A stretch of 64,000 nucleotides of DNA from Botryllus schlosseri (Eukaryota): the NCBI GenBank assembly GCA_051294905.1, contig CM119372.1:21144001-21208000 (forward strand), in the 5' to 3' direction. The notes under the pieces were generated by a model. That model did not search any database, was not told the origin of the DNA, and worked only from the letters and a program-made list of their open reading frames with translations. A program made the position numbers and the translations under genes. This document shows positions 1-13,424 of this stretch, in pieces (within the stretch, counting starts at the first letter, position 1; each line of letters begins with the position of its first letter).

Positions 1-1243
1 CTTTTTCGACTCATTGCCCCCTTTTCAAACTCCACACCGATCATCGCCCCCCAAATATTGGGAACACAAACATGGGCATGCAGAATGAAATCATCGGCGA
101 GTTGACTAAGAAAAAGGGTCAACTTTTCGGCTCGACCTCGAAGTTACACTTTTCCAGCTAAATTTTGGTGAGTTGACTAACAAAAAGGTGTTGACTAACA
201 AAAAGGTGATTTCTCCGACTTTATTCCCAAAGGACCGTAACTTCACTTCGTCAGCCCCCCCCCCCAATACGTTGGTCTTGACCCCCTCTAGAGAACGATA
301 AAGCAAACTTCTGTACCCCTCAGACCCAACTCCCCGGATACCTCGTTACCGCTACTTCTCAGCACAAATTGTTGGACTCTTTAGTTAGCCGGCTTAATTC
401 GCGCGAAGCGCGAAAAATTTCTATTATTCATGACTGAATCGGTCAATATGATCGGAAATTGCATAAATATTGCTGTCAATTTTTTATCCTCTCTGCTCAT
501 GTATTCAGATTTACCGGTAAAGCTGAGTGAGGTGTCTTGGATAATGTAGGGCCCGTAAATAATAATTGAACATATTCGGGCGGACCCGTGGGTATAATGA
601 CTTCGTTACGTTATGACTTTTCGTGGCCTGTCTGCTATGTCAAAAGATATTCAAATCGCCCATACGTACTAAACTAAAAGACGCACACGATTTCAAATTG
701 GTATTTCTGCACTGGCAACTACTTTTTCTCGGCGAGATGGCATTTTTTGTGGGGTTCTGATTGGACAGAACAGGAAGATTTGGCGCCAGCCATTTAGGCG
801 CCTTTGGACAATTAAATATATATGTATATCGTATATATATCGAAGTCGGTCAGCATAAAGGCAGTCCTTTTCCGCCAAGGATTTCTCGTTCTGGCACACT
901 TCTCGGAGTCGCATGTTACATGGCCTGAAACTTCATATGTCTTGGTGCGTCATGGTGTGATAATGGCTGACGCCGAGATGCCCATTTCTGCACCTCATGC
1001 GTATTATTTCTTGGAGGAAGGGTATCCTATAAGCAAGAAAAATGTGACCACGAAATGGCGTGCAGCGCGAAAAGTTTTTGAAAAAGTGGCAATTGGGGGA
1101 TTGGGTGTGGCAGTTACGGTCATGGACGCCAATATAGCCATTTCAACGCGCCATCGCCCCCCTATCGCCCCCTTCGTCCGTTTTCGACCCCTTGGCTATT
1201 TTCGACCCCTGGACCGACAAATCGCCCACGTTGGGAACCACTG
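1..1243. mobile_element. Non-autonomous hAT (Charlie/Buster-like) element; left end probably just outside the window
   Basis: Ends in GTTGGGAACCACTG (1230-1243), a typical CAGTGGTTCCCAAC-type TIR. Internal segment ~880-980 is similar in inverted orientation to ~12295-12395. Confidence 0.5.
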
Positions 1244-1714
1244 AGTTAACTGTTGCGAACGGGCTAACATTTAATCAAATTGACCAAAGTGAATGAATTC
1301 GCCTGGCTTTCGAGGCTGACGGCTATGATCGGCCAAGATATGTCACAAACGTGTTTGGGACTTGGTCATCGAGCACAGTAAAAAATCCACAAGTGTGTAG
1401 AAAAAGAGCTTATGGCAGTGAAACGGAATAATGGACGTTTTTCGATCACATTGGACGAATCAACTTCTACACGCAACAGGCGGTGAATGAATTTAAACGC
1501 TCATTATCCGGGTGGCTTTCGATCGCTGGGTTTCATTCGTATTCACGGGAGCATGTTTTTGCGTCAATATTACAACGAATTAATGTTGTTTGTGTAGCTT
1601 GTTTCTGTATTTTACTACTTTGCTAATCCCGGGATTGAGAAGCGAAAATCCCGATCCCGGGATTTCAAATTTGATCCCGAAGTCCCAACCCTAGTAAACT
1701 CCACAACTGCAACA

Positions 1715-1925
1715 CCAATGGGTTCGAGTCCGACCGATGTCGACTCAAGAATTCCTACCCAAGTGTCAGGGGTTTATCTAGGCTCCTCCTGGCCATCTCA
1801 TCCGTGTTAGCGGTGTCTTATGAATGCCTAGAAGTGGTCCGTGCTATAATTCGGCCGCTACGGAATAAAAAATGGAGGAAATTGGCATGGTGTAAATGAC
1901 CATAGTATTCAACACACAACATAAA
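1715..1925 (+). mobile_element. tRNA-derived SINE-like repeat
   Basis: B-box-like GGTTCGAGTCC at ~1721. Body (GGGGTTTATCTAGGCTCCTC...TGGTGTAAATGACCATAG) recurs inverted at ~43515-43765 and ~10575-10695. Confidence 0.6.
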
Positions 1926-2164
1926 CACCTCAAAACAAACAAATTGGGTTCACAAGGTTTTTAGATTTATGGTAGAACTGTTATGTAGAGACTAATTCTT
2001 TACAATTGTATGTTTTCAGCATGTTTAAATGCCTTCCGTAGATATTACACCCCCTGATGAAGTGAGGCTCGCGACAGCCTCCCGATCAAATGGTTGTGCG
2101 TTAAAATGCACCTTTTTTAGTCACATGCAAATTTTTCACAGGGGGGAAATTTCAGCTGAAATAT

Positions 2165-2317
2165 TGTGGTGTTATGATATGCATGATTGAGCATAGCGAT
2201 GGGTTCCGTATTGTTTTGATGACAGACAAGCATGTGTCTGCTGAGAATACACTTCGAGTCGGGCTTGTAAAGGTATTTGTCTAAGTAGACAGCTAGAATC
2301 TCAGTGATAATACTACA
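2165..2317 (+). repeat. 5' LTR (153 bp)
   Basis: Direct repeat of 8060-8213; I see 2 substitutions and a 1-bp indel between the copies. Confidence 0.97.
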
Positions 2318-2329
2318 TGGTGGCAGCGG
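2318..2329 (+). promoter_or_regulatory. Primer-binding site, probably tRNA-Leu
   Basis: TGGTGGCAGCGG directly follows the 5' LTR; complementary to the metazoan tRNA-Leu 3' end (...CCGCTGCCACCA). Confidence 0.8.
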
Positions 2330-2359
2330 ATAACTTCGAACTAGTATAATAACTAGATT

Positions 2360-3448
2360 ATGGCGGCCATTGTATTAGGTCCAGGGGATCTCACATTAAT
2401 AGGCGCCGTGAATGAGGCAGAAGCCTGGCTGGAATGGCAAAAGAAATTCCTGATCTTTATCGATGCAGCAGGTCATGCTGAATCATCTGGGTGCCAGAAA
2501 GTTGGATTATTACTGAATCAAATAGGCAATGAAGGAAAGGATTTATACGAGGAATTCGTGTTTGCTGAAGCAGTCGCAGCATCGGACGGTGTGGAAGCAG
2601 TTGCAGCAGAAGACAAAACTGACCTTGATACTACCGTCTTGAAGAAGTTTGATGAACGTTTCAAGGTTCGGGATGGCAGGTTTGAAGCACACCTTCAATT
2701 CTTCCATTTCTTACAACGCAAGGAGGGTGAATCATTTGCATCTTGGGTACATGCAGTCAGAAAGGCTGCACGAAAATGCCAATTTCCTCCAGCAGTATAT
2801 GACGCAACCGTTCGGGGTAAACTTATAGTTGGGTGCGTAGATGATTCTGAGATGTTGTACAAGCTATCGGAAATCGACTTTGACAAGCTAACGTCTCAGA
2901 AGATTATCGACGTTATGACTGCCCACGAGGCGAGACGGAGCTATGCTGATCGGAGATCTGCACCTACAGCAATAGAAGCGGTGGCGAACAAAGCGAGACC
3001 TCAAACCTCTAAGAAGCCTGCAGTTGAAACTGTGCCTATAATAAACTGCACATTTTGCGGTCGACGGCACAAAAGAGGCAAAGGGTTCTGTCCATCAGCC
3101 TCAGTAAAATGCTACAGATGTGGTAAAACGGGCCATTATAAGGAAAGGTGCAGAAGTAGAAATGGACGCGTGCTGGATAGCGAAACGATTGAGGAAGAAC
3201 CAACCGCTGGGTGTTATGACGAGGAAGAACTTCCAGACGCAATGTGTGGAAGTGTGGGCGAAATCCAAGAAGCAGAAACATCGGTAGGTTCAGCACAGGC
3301 TACTAAGACTATCCAGTGGACTATCATGTTGAGAGTCGTTAAGAACACTCTAAAATGGATTATTGACTCTGGAGCAGAAGTGTCCGTCATGCTACGGCGT
3401 TTGTACAAGAGACAATATGGGCCTATACAGAAATCTGATTGGAGTTAA
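2360..3448 (+). pseudogene. gag: Gag (two Cys/His knuckles) plus start of aspartic protease; frameshifted relative to pol
   Basis: CTFCGRRH...C and CYRCGKTGHYKERC (CX2CX4HX4C); protease active-site motif IIDSGAEVS. Confidence 0.9.
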
Positions 3449-6400
3449 TCGGCAACCTCTCAATACTGTTGGTTATGTACGGATAAAACTCCGCTCCGAC
3501 TTCAAGACGTTAACAGAGAAAGTCTACATTGTGTCAGATGCAGATAAGCTACTTCTTGGCGCTCCTGCTATACTGGAACTTGGACTCCTTCAAGAGTGCC
3601 CGGACGTTCAAGTATCCATCAGGGCAGTCAAGCTTACCCCTGAGTGTCGGTTGCGGAGCAAAGATGACGTCAAGAAAACATACCCAGAGCTATTCAAGGG
3701 CATTGGCAAACTGGGAGAACCGTTTACTATTCACATGAAAGACGGCGTTGAGCCCTTCTGTTTGAATTCGCCACGTCGTGTGCCAATCCCAATGCACCAG
3801 AAACTCAAAGAGGAGATAGAAAAGCTTGAGGAACTCGATATCATAGAAAAAGTTACGGGACCTACAGATTGGTGTGCTCCAATCGTTGTCGTAGCAAAAC
3901 CAGACGGAAAGGTACGACTGTGTGTGGACCTAACCAAGCTCAATAATGGGGTAAAAAGGGAGCTGTACCCTATGCCTACAGTCGAAAGTACTTTGGGGCA
4001 ACTGTCAAAGGGGACGGTCTTCACTAAGCTAGACGCAAATTCTGGCTTTCATCAAATTGAGCTTGCCCCTGAAAGTCGGAAGTTGACAACGTTTATCACA
4101 CCGTTTGGGAGATACCAATTTCGTCGCTTACCATTTGGCATCTCGAGCGCACCGGAAGCGTTTCAAAAACGTATCAGTGAAATCCTGCATGGAATTCCAA
4201 ACGTGATTTGCCATATGGATGACATATCCTAGTAGTTGATACTCAAACTACGCACGATGAGACACTGAAGGCTGTATTGGACGGTCTTAAATGCTCTGGC
4301 ATGACTCTAAATGAGAAGAAATGCATCTTTGCTGCAACTGAACTTGAATATCTCGGTCAGGTCATTGGCCAAGCTGGTATCAGCAAAGATCCCAAGAAGG
4401 TGCAGGCTATTGTGAATTATACTGCTCCTGCTGATAAGACTGAACTTCGCAGGTTCTTGGAGATGACAAACCAGCTCATGAAGTTTATCCCTAACCTAGC
4501 GGAACTGACTAAGCCGTTAAGAGACTTGCTGGCAAAAAAGGTTGAGTGGTACAGGGGCCCGTCACAAGAGGAATCGTTTGCAAGAGTGAAACGCGATCCG
4601 TCTACCGATGTTACGTTAGCCATGTATTGCCCAGACAGGGAAACTGTGCTCTCGGCTGACTCCAGCAGTTACGGCCTTGGTGCCGTGCTGATGCAAAGAC
4701 AAGATGACAATAACCTTCGCCCAGTCGCATATGCCAGTAGATCAATGAGCGATACTGAACAACGGTATGCCCAGATAGAAAAGGAGGCTTTGGCAATCAC
4801 TTGGGCAATGGAGCACTGGAGAGAACTGCTACTGGGTATTGCAGACCTGAAAGTTGAAACCGACCACAAACCACTAGTGCCTCTGCTGTCAACGAAATCG
4901 CTTGACGAACTACCTGTCAGAATTCAAAGATTTAAAATCAGGTTGATATCCTATAGCAAGGGTCGGCAACCTACGGCCCGCGGGCCTATCTCGTACTAAA
5001 AGTAGGAGATGGAGAATGTATGTAGACTAGACTAGACCAGTGCTTATAAAGCGTGTGTATCGCGCAACCATAGGTATACCGTACTTTTTAAGGGGTTGCC
5101 ACTCTGATAAGGTACGACATTAAAAGTGCAGTTCCTCTGCTTCAAAAACGCTTGGAACATCTCAGACGCAATGACAAAATCTCAAACTTTCCGTTTCATT
5201 TGAGATAACCAGCCTCCGTAGGTTAGTCATCTGCAGTTTAATTCTCCAGAAGACATTGTACGCCAAGACAACAAACCTGAATAGTGTTTTGGACACAGTA
5301 GGGAAAGCTGATTTTGTCTCACAAACTTGATCACCGACAGTTAGCCTACCCCATATATTACTAGAAGCAGAGAATCAATATGGCGATGTCCTGTATATCT
5401 GCCATGTTCGCACATTTAGTTGAGCCGCTATCCTTGCACGAGTGTATGAACTGATAAACGAAATAGCAACTTTCCTTGAAAATACAAACATCGCCGGCTC
5501 ATAATCTTGTCATCGAAAATGGGTGTCTAATCTTGCTTTCGTAGTACATTTAACGTCACATCTAACAAATTGAATATGCAACGTCAGGAGGAAATAACTG
5601 AATACATGAGATGTTGAGGCGCATTCGAAACGAAACTGCGACTCTGGGAATGTCAACAGTAAAAAGAGAATTATGCTCACTTTCCTATACTGGAGGAGAG
5701 AAACCTAGTACCAACACTACATTTGTAACTGTGATACGAAATTTAACTACTGAATATTCACCCGCTTTTCCGACATTCCTTCTCTACAAAATGAATTCTG
5801 ACTATTCAGTACTCGGTTTAATGTGAGCGCCAATACCGTTGCCTGAAAATTTCAAATGGGTCCTTTTGAAATGCGATGCAGTTGAATTGAAAGACAAATT
5901 TCATACAAAGAGCATATCGCTGCATGACTCTGACAAAGAGTACGTTTTTGAAATGGGTCTTTATCCCAGCTTGACCAACAATGCAAAAGAAATGGCATCG
6001 ACTTTTGATAGCACGTACGCATGTGAAAAATAGTTTAAAACAATAGAATTCACAAAGAGCAAGCTAAGATCACGTATTCTAATGCCCATTTAGAATGTGG
6101 TCTGATTGTTGCTTCATCTGACTTGCTATTAGAAGTTGAAATTCTTTCACAAAGCATGCTGCGTCAAGTGTCACATTTATGCTGCGTTGTTGAAGTGTAA
6201 ATGCATGTGTTTCGCCTTTTTGTGATTTGTATGATTGAGATTGCAGCAATGTATGGTACTAAATCGACGTGAGCGATAAATATAGTATCAAGAAAAAAAT
6301 CCGGCCCGCCAAAACGTTGTGCACTCGGAATTTGGCCCGCGATTAGCAAAAGGTTGCCGACCCCTGTCCTATAGCTTTGAAATTTTTCACACGCCTGGAA

Positions 6401-7837
6401 AGTCGATGTACAGTTGTACACAGCAGACGCGCTATCACGCTGCCCTTTACCTACAACGGATGGCATCGAAGACTCTGATCTTCACAAGGAAGCGGAAGCA
6501 TGCGTGCGTGCTCTGGTAAGCGGGCTGTCTGCTACTGACCGACGCCTGGAAGAAATAAAGAACGCTCTGAAAGAAGACAAGACACTGTCTACTGTTATGA
6601 CATATGTTGTCGGAGGATGGCCAAAGAACAAAGAAACTTTAAATGGACCGTTACGTATCTTCTGGAATCTCAGAGACGTGTTAACAGTACATGACAATCT
6701 CTTGCTAAAAAGCAACAGACTCGTCATACCACCGTCGTTGCGCGAAGATGTTCTGAAGCATCTTCACCAATCGCACCTTGGAATAACCAAGACCAGACAA
6801 CTTGCAGCTCAAGCTTGCTGGTAGCCGGGTTATTCAAAAGACATTGAACATGCAGTACTTAACTGCAACCGCTACGAAAAGCATCGACGAGATCGAACTG
6901 AACCAATGATGGGGACCGAATTTCCGAGACGCCCATGGAGTAGAATTGCTGCTGATTTTTTTCAACTGGAGGACAAGTACTACCTTCTGATCATGGATTA
7001 CTACTCCAGAGACATAGAGCTGTTCTCAGTGAAGAAAACGATCTCGTCGCGGGACACAATTTCGAACTTCAAGAATGTGTTCTCTCATCATGGTATCTGT
7101 GATGTTTTACTTACTGACAATGCTTCAGTCTTCGTTTCCTCTGAATTTTCGTTTCCTCTGAATTTTCCCAGTTCTCCAAAGCCTGGAATTTCAGCATCTC
7201 TTCTCCGAAATTTAGTCAGGGCAATGGCTTCATCGAGAGAGGAGTGCAAACTGTTAAGGGCCTGCTCAAGAAAACAGATGATCTCTATCTGACGCTACTG
7301 AACTATAGGAACACGCCATTACACGGCGGGTTCTCGCCCGCCCAATTGAGCATGGGGCGCAGATTGAAGACAAAGGTGATTTGTCATCCTGATCAGCTAC
7401 GACCACAGACTGTTGATGCCGAAGATCTTCGAAAAAGGGAGACGGAGTATAGACAGAAAATGGCTGCGAGTTACAATAAAAGACATCGTGTGGTTGAGAA
7501 TGATAGATTCGGAATTGGAGACCATGTATACATTCCTGATTGCGAGAGGATGGGTATCATCAAGGAGATGCATGAAAATCCTAGAGCGATAATCGTTGAA
7601 ACGAACAATGGACTAATGAGGCGAAACCGAAAACACTTACGGAAGTACAACCCTCCGGAGGAACCAAAACTATCTGTTCCGCATCAGAATAAACCGGTTG
7701 AATGTTGTCTTGTAGCGTCAAAGAAACCAGGACACCACCAAGAAGCCAACGGTTCAACTGAACCTACCGGAGAGAATCCCGTGGGACGATCCTCGAGAAT
7801 TAGAAATCCGCCTCAACGATTTATAGAGCAATATTGA
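3440..7837 (+). pseudogene. pol: Pol (RT, RNase H, integrase) broken by stops, frameshifts and a hAT insertion
   Basis: RT motifs WCAPIVVV, RLCVDLTKLN, KLDANSGFHQI, LPFGISSAPE, HMDD. RNase H: ADSSSYGLGAVL, EKEALA, TDHKPL. Integrase: HQSHLG, IAADFF, LTDNA, YRNTP...SPAQL. Confidence 0.95.
4957..6366 (+). mobile_element. hAT (SPIN/Charlie-like) element with decayed transposase, inserted in gypsy pol
   Basis: TIRs CAAGGGTCGGCAAC / GTTGCCGACCCCTG; 8-bp TSD TCCTATAG (4949-4956, 6367-6374). Pol frame rejoins across it (RLISY|SFEIFHTPGK). Transposase C-terminal remnant YPSLTNNAKEMASTFDSTYACEK at 5839-6033. Confidence 0.92.
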
Positions 7838-8047
7838 TCATACACAGGTTTCAAGATAAGGGGCAGAATAATCCCCTAACCTGTTGTACACCTTGGGAGT
7901 AGTCTACCTCCCTGGTGGCTATGTCTGTTAAGTGTAAATGCCCTGCTCTTGCTAACCTTGCAGGGGTAGTGTCACCTTGTATATATTGTTATTGCTGCTG
8001 TATTGTCACTTGTATATAATGTAAGTAGTGTCGATGTCTCTTCCACT

Positions 8048-8213
8048 AAAAAAGGGAGATGTGGTGTTATGATATGCATGATTGAGCATAGCGATGGGTT
8101 CCGTATTGTTTTGATGACAGACAAGCATGTGGTCTGCTGAGAATACACTTCGAGTCGGGCTTGTAAAGGTATCTGTCTAAGTAGACAGCTAGAAGCTCAG
8201 TGATAATACTACA
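8048..8213 (+). repeat. Polypurine tract and 3' LTR
   Basis: AAAAAAGGGAGA (8048-8059) followed by the LTR at 8060-8213. Confidence 0.95.
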
Positions 8214-8765
8214 AATATCGGCCAAGGGGGCCATGAGACGAAAAAGGTTGGGAACCACTGTATTAAGGTATGTACTATGTATCTTCGAAGTCATGGGCGG
8301 AGATGCTTAACGATGGCGACCTACAAGAACTCTGATCACTGTTTGCACTGGGAAGTGTACGACTTCGGCCTTCATATTCCCGAACGAGCACTCTCCGACG
8401 GTGAAACTTATCTGGGGGAAGAGTTTCAAATGTGACTGGCCGAAAGCCCTGTCAGCTTAAAACAGGAGGCTTTGGGAAAGCAGTTGGAGGATATGGCCGC
8501 AGACGCCCTTCAGTTGAACCACCTACAAGAACTTTCGAGAGTCGGTAGGCCTACCCTTGGCAAGGTGCTGTCATGTCCATTAGATTCAGGCAATCCAGCA
8601 CGACTTGGCTGAGTGACAGTTTTGCCACCTTGTCTGCAGCATAGCTTTAACGTTAACCTGGTGTTCTATCAGGACGACTTAAGCTGAGCAGCGGACTCGG
8701 ATCCTTGTCTGCGACATGACTGAGACGTTAAAGTTAACCCGATGTTCTATCGGGACGACCTCCGT

Positions 8766-9448
8766 CAGACAGCGGAAAGTTTAGGCGACAGTTTCACGAT
8801 GCCTCGTACGAATTTGCTTGAGCCACGCTCTTCTTCCCAGACAGGGGTTTTCTCCGGGTACTCCGGTTCCCCTAGACCGAAAACGGCCGGAAGGTAACAA
8901 AGCGGTGTGCTAAGAAAACAAGCCAAGTGCTGCGCTCGCATAGGTACAATGACCTATACGAGTTGACATGGGGAGGTAGGCTGTGGCCCCTCCAGACCAT
9001 GGGGGTCCGAGTGAATCCCCCTCAAAAAATGGTTGCTTCTCTCTCGATGGCAGTTGCCATCGCCAGATCCCGATCAAATGGTTGTGCGTTAAAAAGCACC
9101 TATTTTAGTCACATGCAAATTTTTCATAGGGGGGGAATTTCAGCTCCAGACAGCGGAAGGTTTAGGCGACAGTTTCACGATGCCTCGTACGAATTTGCTT
9201 GAGCCACGCTCTTCTTCCCAGACAGGGGTTTTCTCCGGGTACTCCGGTTCCCCTGGATCGAAAACGGCCGGAAGATAGCAAAGCGGTGTGCTGGGAAAAC
9301 AAGCCAAGTGCTGCGCTCGCATATAGGTACAATGACCTATACGAGTTGACATGGGGAGGTAGGCTGTGGCCGCTCCAGACCATGGGGGTCCAAGTGAATC
9401 CCCCGCGAAAAAATGGTTGCTTCTCCCTCGATGGCAGTTGCCATCGCC
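8766..9448 (+). repeat. ~300-bp direct duplication containing a SINE-like segment
   Basis: 8766-9064 and 9147-9448 are near-identical. Both carry GGGTTTTCTCCGGGTACTCCGGTTCCC, which resembles a V-domain SINE core. Confidence 0.8.
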
Positions 9449-9839
9449 AAAACCGTTTCAGCTAGTGAGGAATAGTGATGTTCGGCACAGGAGAATCGCC
9501 CATTTTCAAGCAACAATATTTTGAAACTGAAATCAATTTCAGCACTTCCAATTGCTTTGCGTGACGTTCTTCCGAAAGTTGAAATCCTATCGTGGACCGA
9601 CAAATATGACTTCGCCGGCCGTTTGTTGGTGACGCCTGTGCTGCACTGTGAACCTGCAATTTTTTAAGTTAATTTAACATCTTTTACTGTAATTTCCACT
9701 TCGGATCAATCACTGCATGGCGCTGGAATCACGGAATGAAATTCAGCGCTATAAACTTACAGTGCAGTTTGATTGAAATGTTAAGCTTTTCTGTTTGTAA
9801 AAAGATTTAAGCAGCGTGTGCTTTGAGTGTCTGATCTTT

Positions 9840-9964
9840 GGTGGGATGTCTGATCTTAAAGGCTACTCCAAGTTGTTTCGACACATTCCTATCTTTTCAT
9901 TGTCTCGCAGTCTCGCGATGTTTTGAAATGATGAAATACTAATAAACTGATTGATTGATTGATT
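9840..9964 (+). mobile_element. 3' tail of a CR1/L2-group LINE
   Basis: Similar to the inverted copies at ~16415-16540 and ~63600-63730; ends AATAAA followed by (TGAT)n. Confidence 0.6.
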
Positions 9965-10148
9965 TAGATACTCTACGGCAGGGGTGTCAAAGATCCGGCC
10001 CGCCAGACGATGTCATCCGGCCCGTGAATCAATTCTGAGTAAATGGAATATTGCTTGTATTTTCCGACACAAAATTTGAGAACTCTAGTGTGAAATACTT
10101 TCCCCAAAATATTCCCTTAAGACAGCAAATGTCGAGCATGTTCTAGAG

Positions 10149-12731
10149 CAGTGCTTCTCAGCCGGTGGGTCGCGAATCACCAGTGGGCCGCGAAGACGTT
10201 CTAACTGTTACACTTTATATTCTCAAGATTAGAAGAGTTAATGCACATTCTCCTCCAAATTGAAATGTTTTCCACCCACAAGCCACGTTGCCGTGCTCAC
10301 GATAATTCGTGGGCGAGATTTTCGTCACAGTCATATATTGATTGCAGCGTGAAATCCGACAGTGCGTTATTGTGGATGCTTGAGATTGAAATTCATTCTT
10401 TCCTCCAAAGGCTTCGCGAACGTTGATCGGGAAATGCAGCAATCCAGCCCGATTTGTCGTAATAATCAGCAAACAATTGCCGCAACGCAAGTTACTCATA
10501 ACCCCTTTGTGTTCGACGTAAAGACGAATGGCTGATTGGATACGCGCTTGCTCGTCCGTTGTGGTATTCATGGTGTTTTTCTACTACAATGATCATTTAC
10601 ACCAGGCCGATATTCTTTATTATGATTCCGCATCTGACGACTTGGAACACCCCTTAAGGCTTAAGCAGATCGGATGGCGAGGAGCCTAGATAAGCGTTTC
10701 GCGTCTGTAATCATCTGTTGCCCCACCTCAATCCCCCAATTGGTACATCGAGCATGAAGAGGGGCCAAAAATTATATCATGAAGCAACATAAATTATGGA
10801 GTAGTTGTTCGGAGAGTTATTGAACTTCTCCCAAATTTTCTTCGCGCATGCCGCGAATTGGCATCGTTAGATGTCTTGGTTTTAATAACGGTATACCCAG
10901 GCCGTGTTATTTTTGGCATATGCCAAAACTGCCAAAAATAAGTTATTTTTGTCATTTTTCGATTTTTATTTTTGGCAGTTTTGGCATCCCCCTCTAAATA
11001 GATAGTTTCAGCCTCGAATTAGTCGCAAAAACGCTTTATTTGGGCTAGTTTGTCAAAAGACACCACAAAATGTGCAGCATCCACTTATAATCAGTGCCAA
11101 CAAATAATAGGAAGAAGAAAAAACCTAACGATTTCATAGGTTAATAATATCAAACTAAACCACAAAATGTGCAGTAGGCTATTCATCGGAATCGGTGCCA
11201 ATAAGCAAAAAAAAAGAAAGACAAGTCTAACAAACACGCTCAACAGCTGATTGTTAGAGCTGTTGAATAGACTTAAATCGTTTGCACTGTATCAGTGCTT
11301 CCAAACTCAGGTCAGCTAAGTTTCTCCTAAATTCATTTCTCGCCCAGAGAATCTGGGAAATATCGGCTTCAACAGTAGCCGTTGAGGGGAAGAATGTTGC
11401 CAGTCATCCACAAAAGGTTTACAGAGCTTCAAAATCGTTGGAGGGCCGAATCGGCTTCCATGCATCATGAAAAGAGATCACTTCGCCAGTGCCATCGATC
11501 TCGTCGCGGAAAGAATTGTCTTCCCGATCCTTTTCCAGGAGTTTCCTGTGTTGTCTCTCAACACATTCTATTTAGTAGCCAGACTATCATTTCTCCTTCA
11601 GTCTACTGATATATTCACTTCAGGTGGCTTTAATATTACAAACTCGCATGGAAGAGTCCTGGGAAGGTTAGCTTGTTTAAGAACGTTGGCGCAACATGAC
11701 TGTCTGGAAAAACGAGACTATTCAGCTCAGAAATAGCCAGACAGTTTGTTGCGTCACAATGTTCAACGCGATTACAATCCAAAAATCGTGGTTGATTTTG
11801 GGGGGTTCCAGTTCCATGAGCAGAATATAATTTATATTTTAATAATCAGTACTGCGGCAGCTTCTCATTGATACCCGTTTTATCAAATTTAGCGCTCGAC
11901 AAGCCGGTCAAAAATGGTCGTAAAATTGCCTTTGGACAAATGGAAAGTATGACGTAAACCAAATGCAGTCAGCCGTTCAATCTCGCTGTGCCCACACCAT
12001 TTATGACACCATGCTTTCACCCCTAATGGGTGGGCTGGACCCAGATTAAGAAACCTGCCTTTCACAAACGCTCTTCTCGCTTGTGACGCGGTCCCGTTAA
12101 CACAACACCATGAACGAAATACACTATTTGGCAGGCCGTTTTATTTTTGGCATTTGCCAAAAATTGCTTATTTTTGGCATTTTCAAATTTTTATTTTTGG
12201 CAGTTTTGGCATCTGGCTCCTGAAATGCCAAAAATAACACGGCCTGGGTATACCCATCTCCCTGATAGAATAATACGCAAAATTTATAGAAATAGGCCTT
12301 TCTGTGTCGCCCATTACCGCGCCACGACACACCAAGACATATGAAGTTACGGCCAACATGCGACTCCGCGAATTGTGCAGCCAAAAAGGTCGACAGTGAG
12401 AAAACCTCTGCTGAAAAGGATTGAAACCTTCGGTATATGTATGCCGAATTGTCTATGGACAATATACGGAAGGCGCCCAAATAGCTGTCTCCATAAATTC
12501 ATAGTAGTATATGTAATTGGCAATATCATTGACCGAATACCATACACATACATGAATTCCGGAAACTTTTCACAGTAGGCGCGACCAGATAACTGTAACA
12601 CACTGACAACATAAAAACTGGCACCCACGAGCAGTGGTTTAAACATTAATCGCGAAGGGGCGTCTAGTGGGTCGCGCAATGAAATTTGGATGAAAAGTGG
12701 GTCGCGAACTGAAAAAGGTTGAGAAGCACTG
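10149..12731. mobile_element. hAT (Charlie/Buster-like) non-autonomous element
   Basis: TIRs CAGTGCTTCTCA / TGAGAAGCACTG; 8-bp TSD TTCTAGAG (10141-10148, 12732-12739). Confidence 0.88.
10898..12246 (-). mobile_element. hAT element nested in the previous one, with a dimerisation-domain remnant
   Basis: 22-bp TIR CAGGCCGTGTTATTTTTGGCAT; TSD GGTATACC; TTTTGGCA subterminal repeats. Minus strand ~11283-11400 reads ATVEADISQILWARNEFRRNLADLSLEALIQCK, resembling the hAT C-terminal dimerisation domain. Confidence 0.8.
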
Positions 12732-13424
12732 TTCTAGAGTTAGTTCTTACACTTGATAAAATCAGTTCAATTTACACATAGCAGTAGCAACCATTTTAGC
12801 CATTGACACGAAATTTCGTAAAGGCAAAAGAGTCTATCCATATTTTTCTGGAACAATGTACACAAAATAGCTGTATTCACAGACGCTAAAACGCCAATGC
12901 GAAACCGTTGTTATGTCTAGAGTTGCATTTAAAACAAACGGTATTTTGAAATACTTTGTCTAAAACATGTTTTAAACAGAGAACACCAGAGAAACTGACT
13001 GGTGATATAATATTTACTAACCAAATTCAAACGTACCGTTGAATCTCTATATTACTCACAACGCATACGTAGGGCCAACACCACATGGCGACTAAAATCA
13101 GGGAGCTTAGATATATGCCAACTGATATCGTAGTTATAGCCGCTGTGTTAGCATTTTATAACTGCATTAAATCGGCCAATCATCGTATTTTATCAATCCC
13201 GTTGTTTTACATTAAAGGTTGGCCTATTGCTAGAATTGAGCCCGCATGACGCGTAATGTAATGACTATAGGACAATTGGCCTGATAACATAGCATTCCGG
13301 TAACTTTTTTAGATCATTTGGCTGCTGGTGCAACCCGCAAGCATACCAAATGTTTTGAATCAGGGACGCCAACTCGGGGGTCCGTGCACCACATTAGAAG
13401 GTTTTGAGTAGCACGCGAGGTAAT

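Larger units (their letters stand above)
2165..8213 (+). mobile_element. Ty3/Gypsy LTR retrotransposon (Mag-like), full-length but degenerate
   Basis: TG...CA LTRs at 2165-2317 and 8060-8213; 5-bp TSD AATAT (2160-2164 / 8214-8218); PBS and PPT present; domain order gag-PR-RT-RH-IN. Confidence 0.97.
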
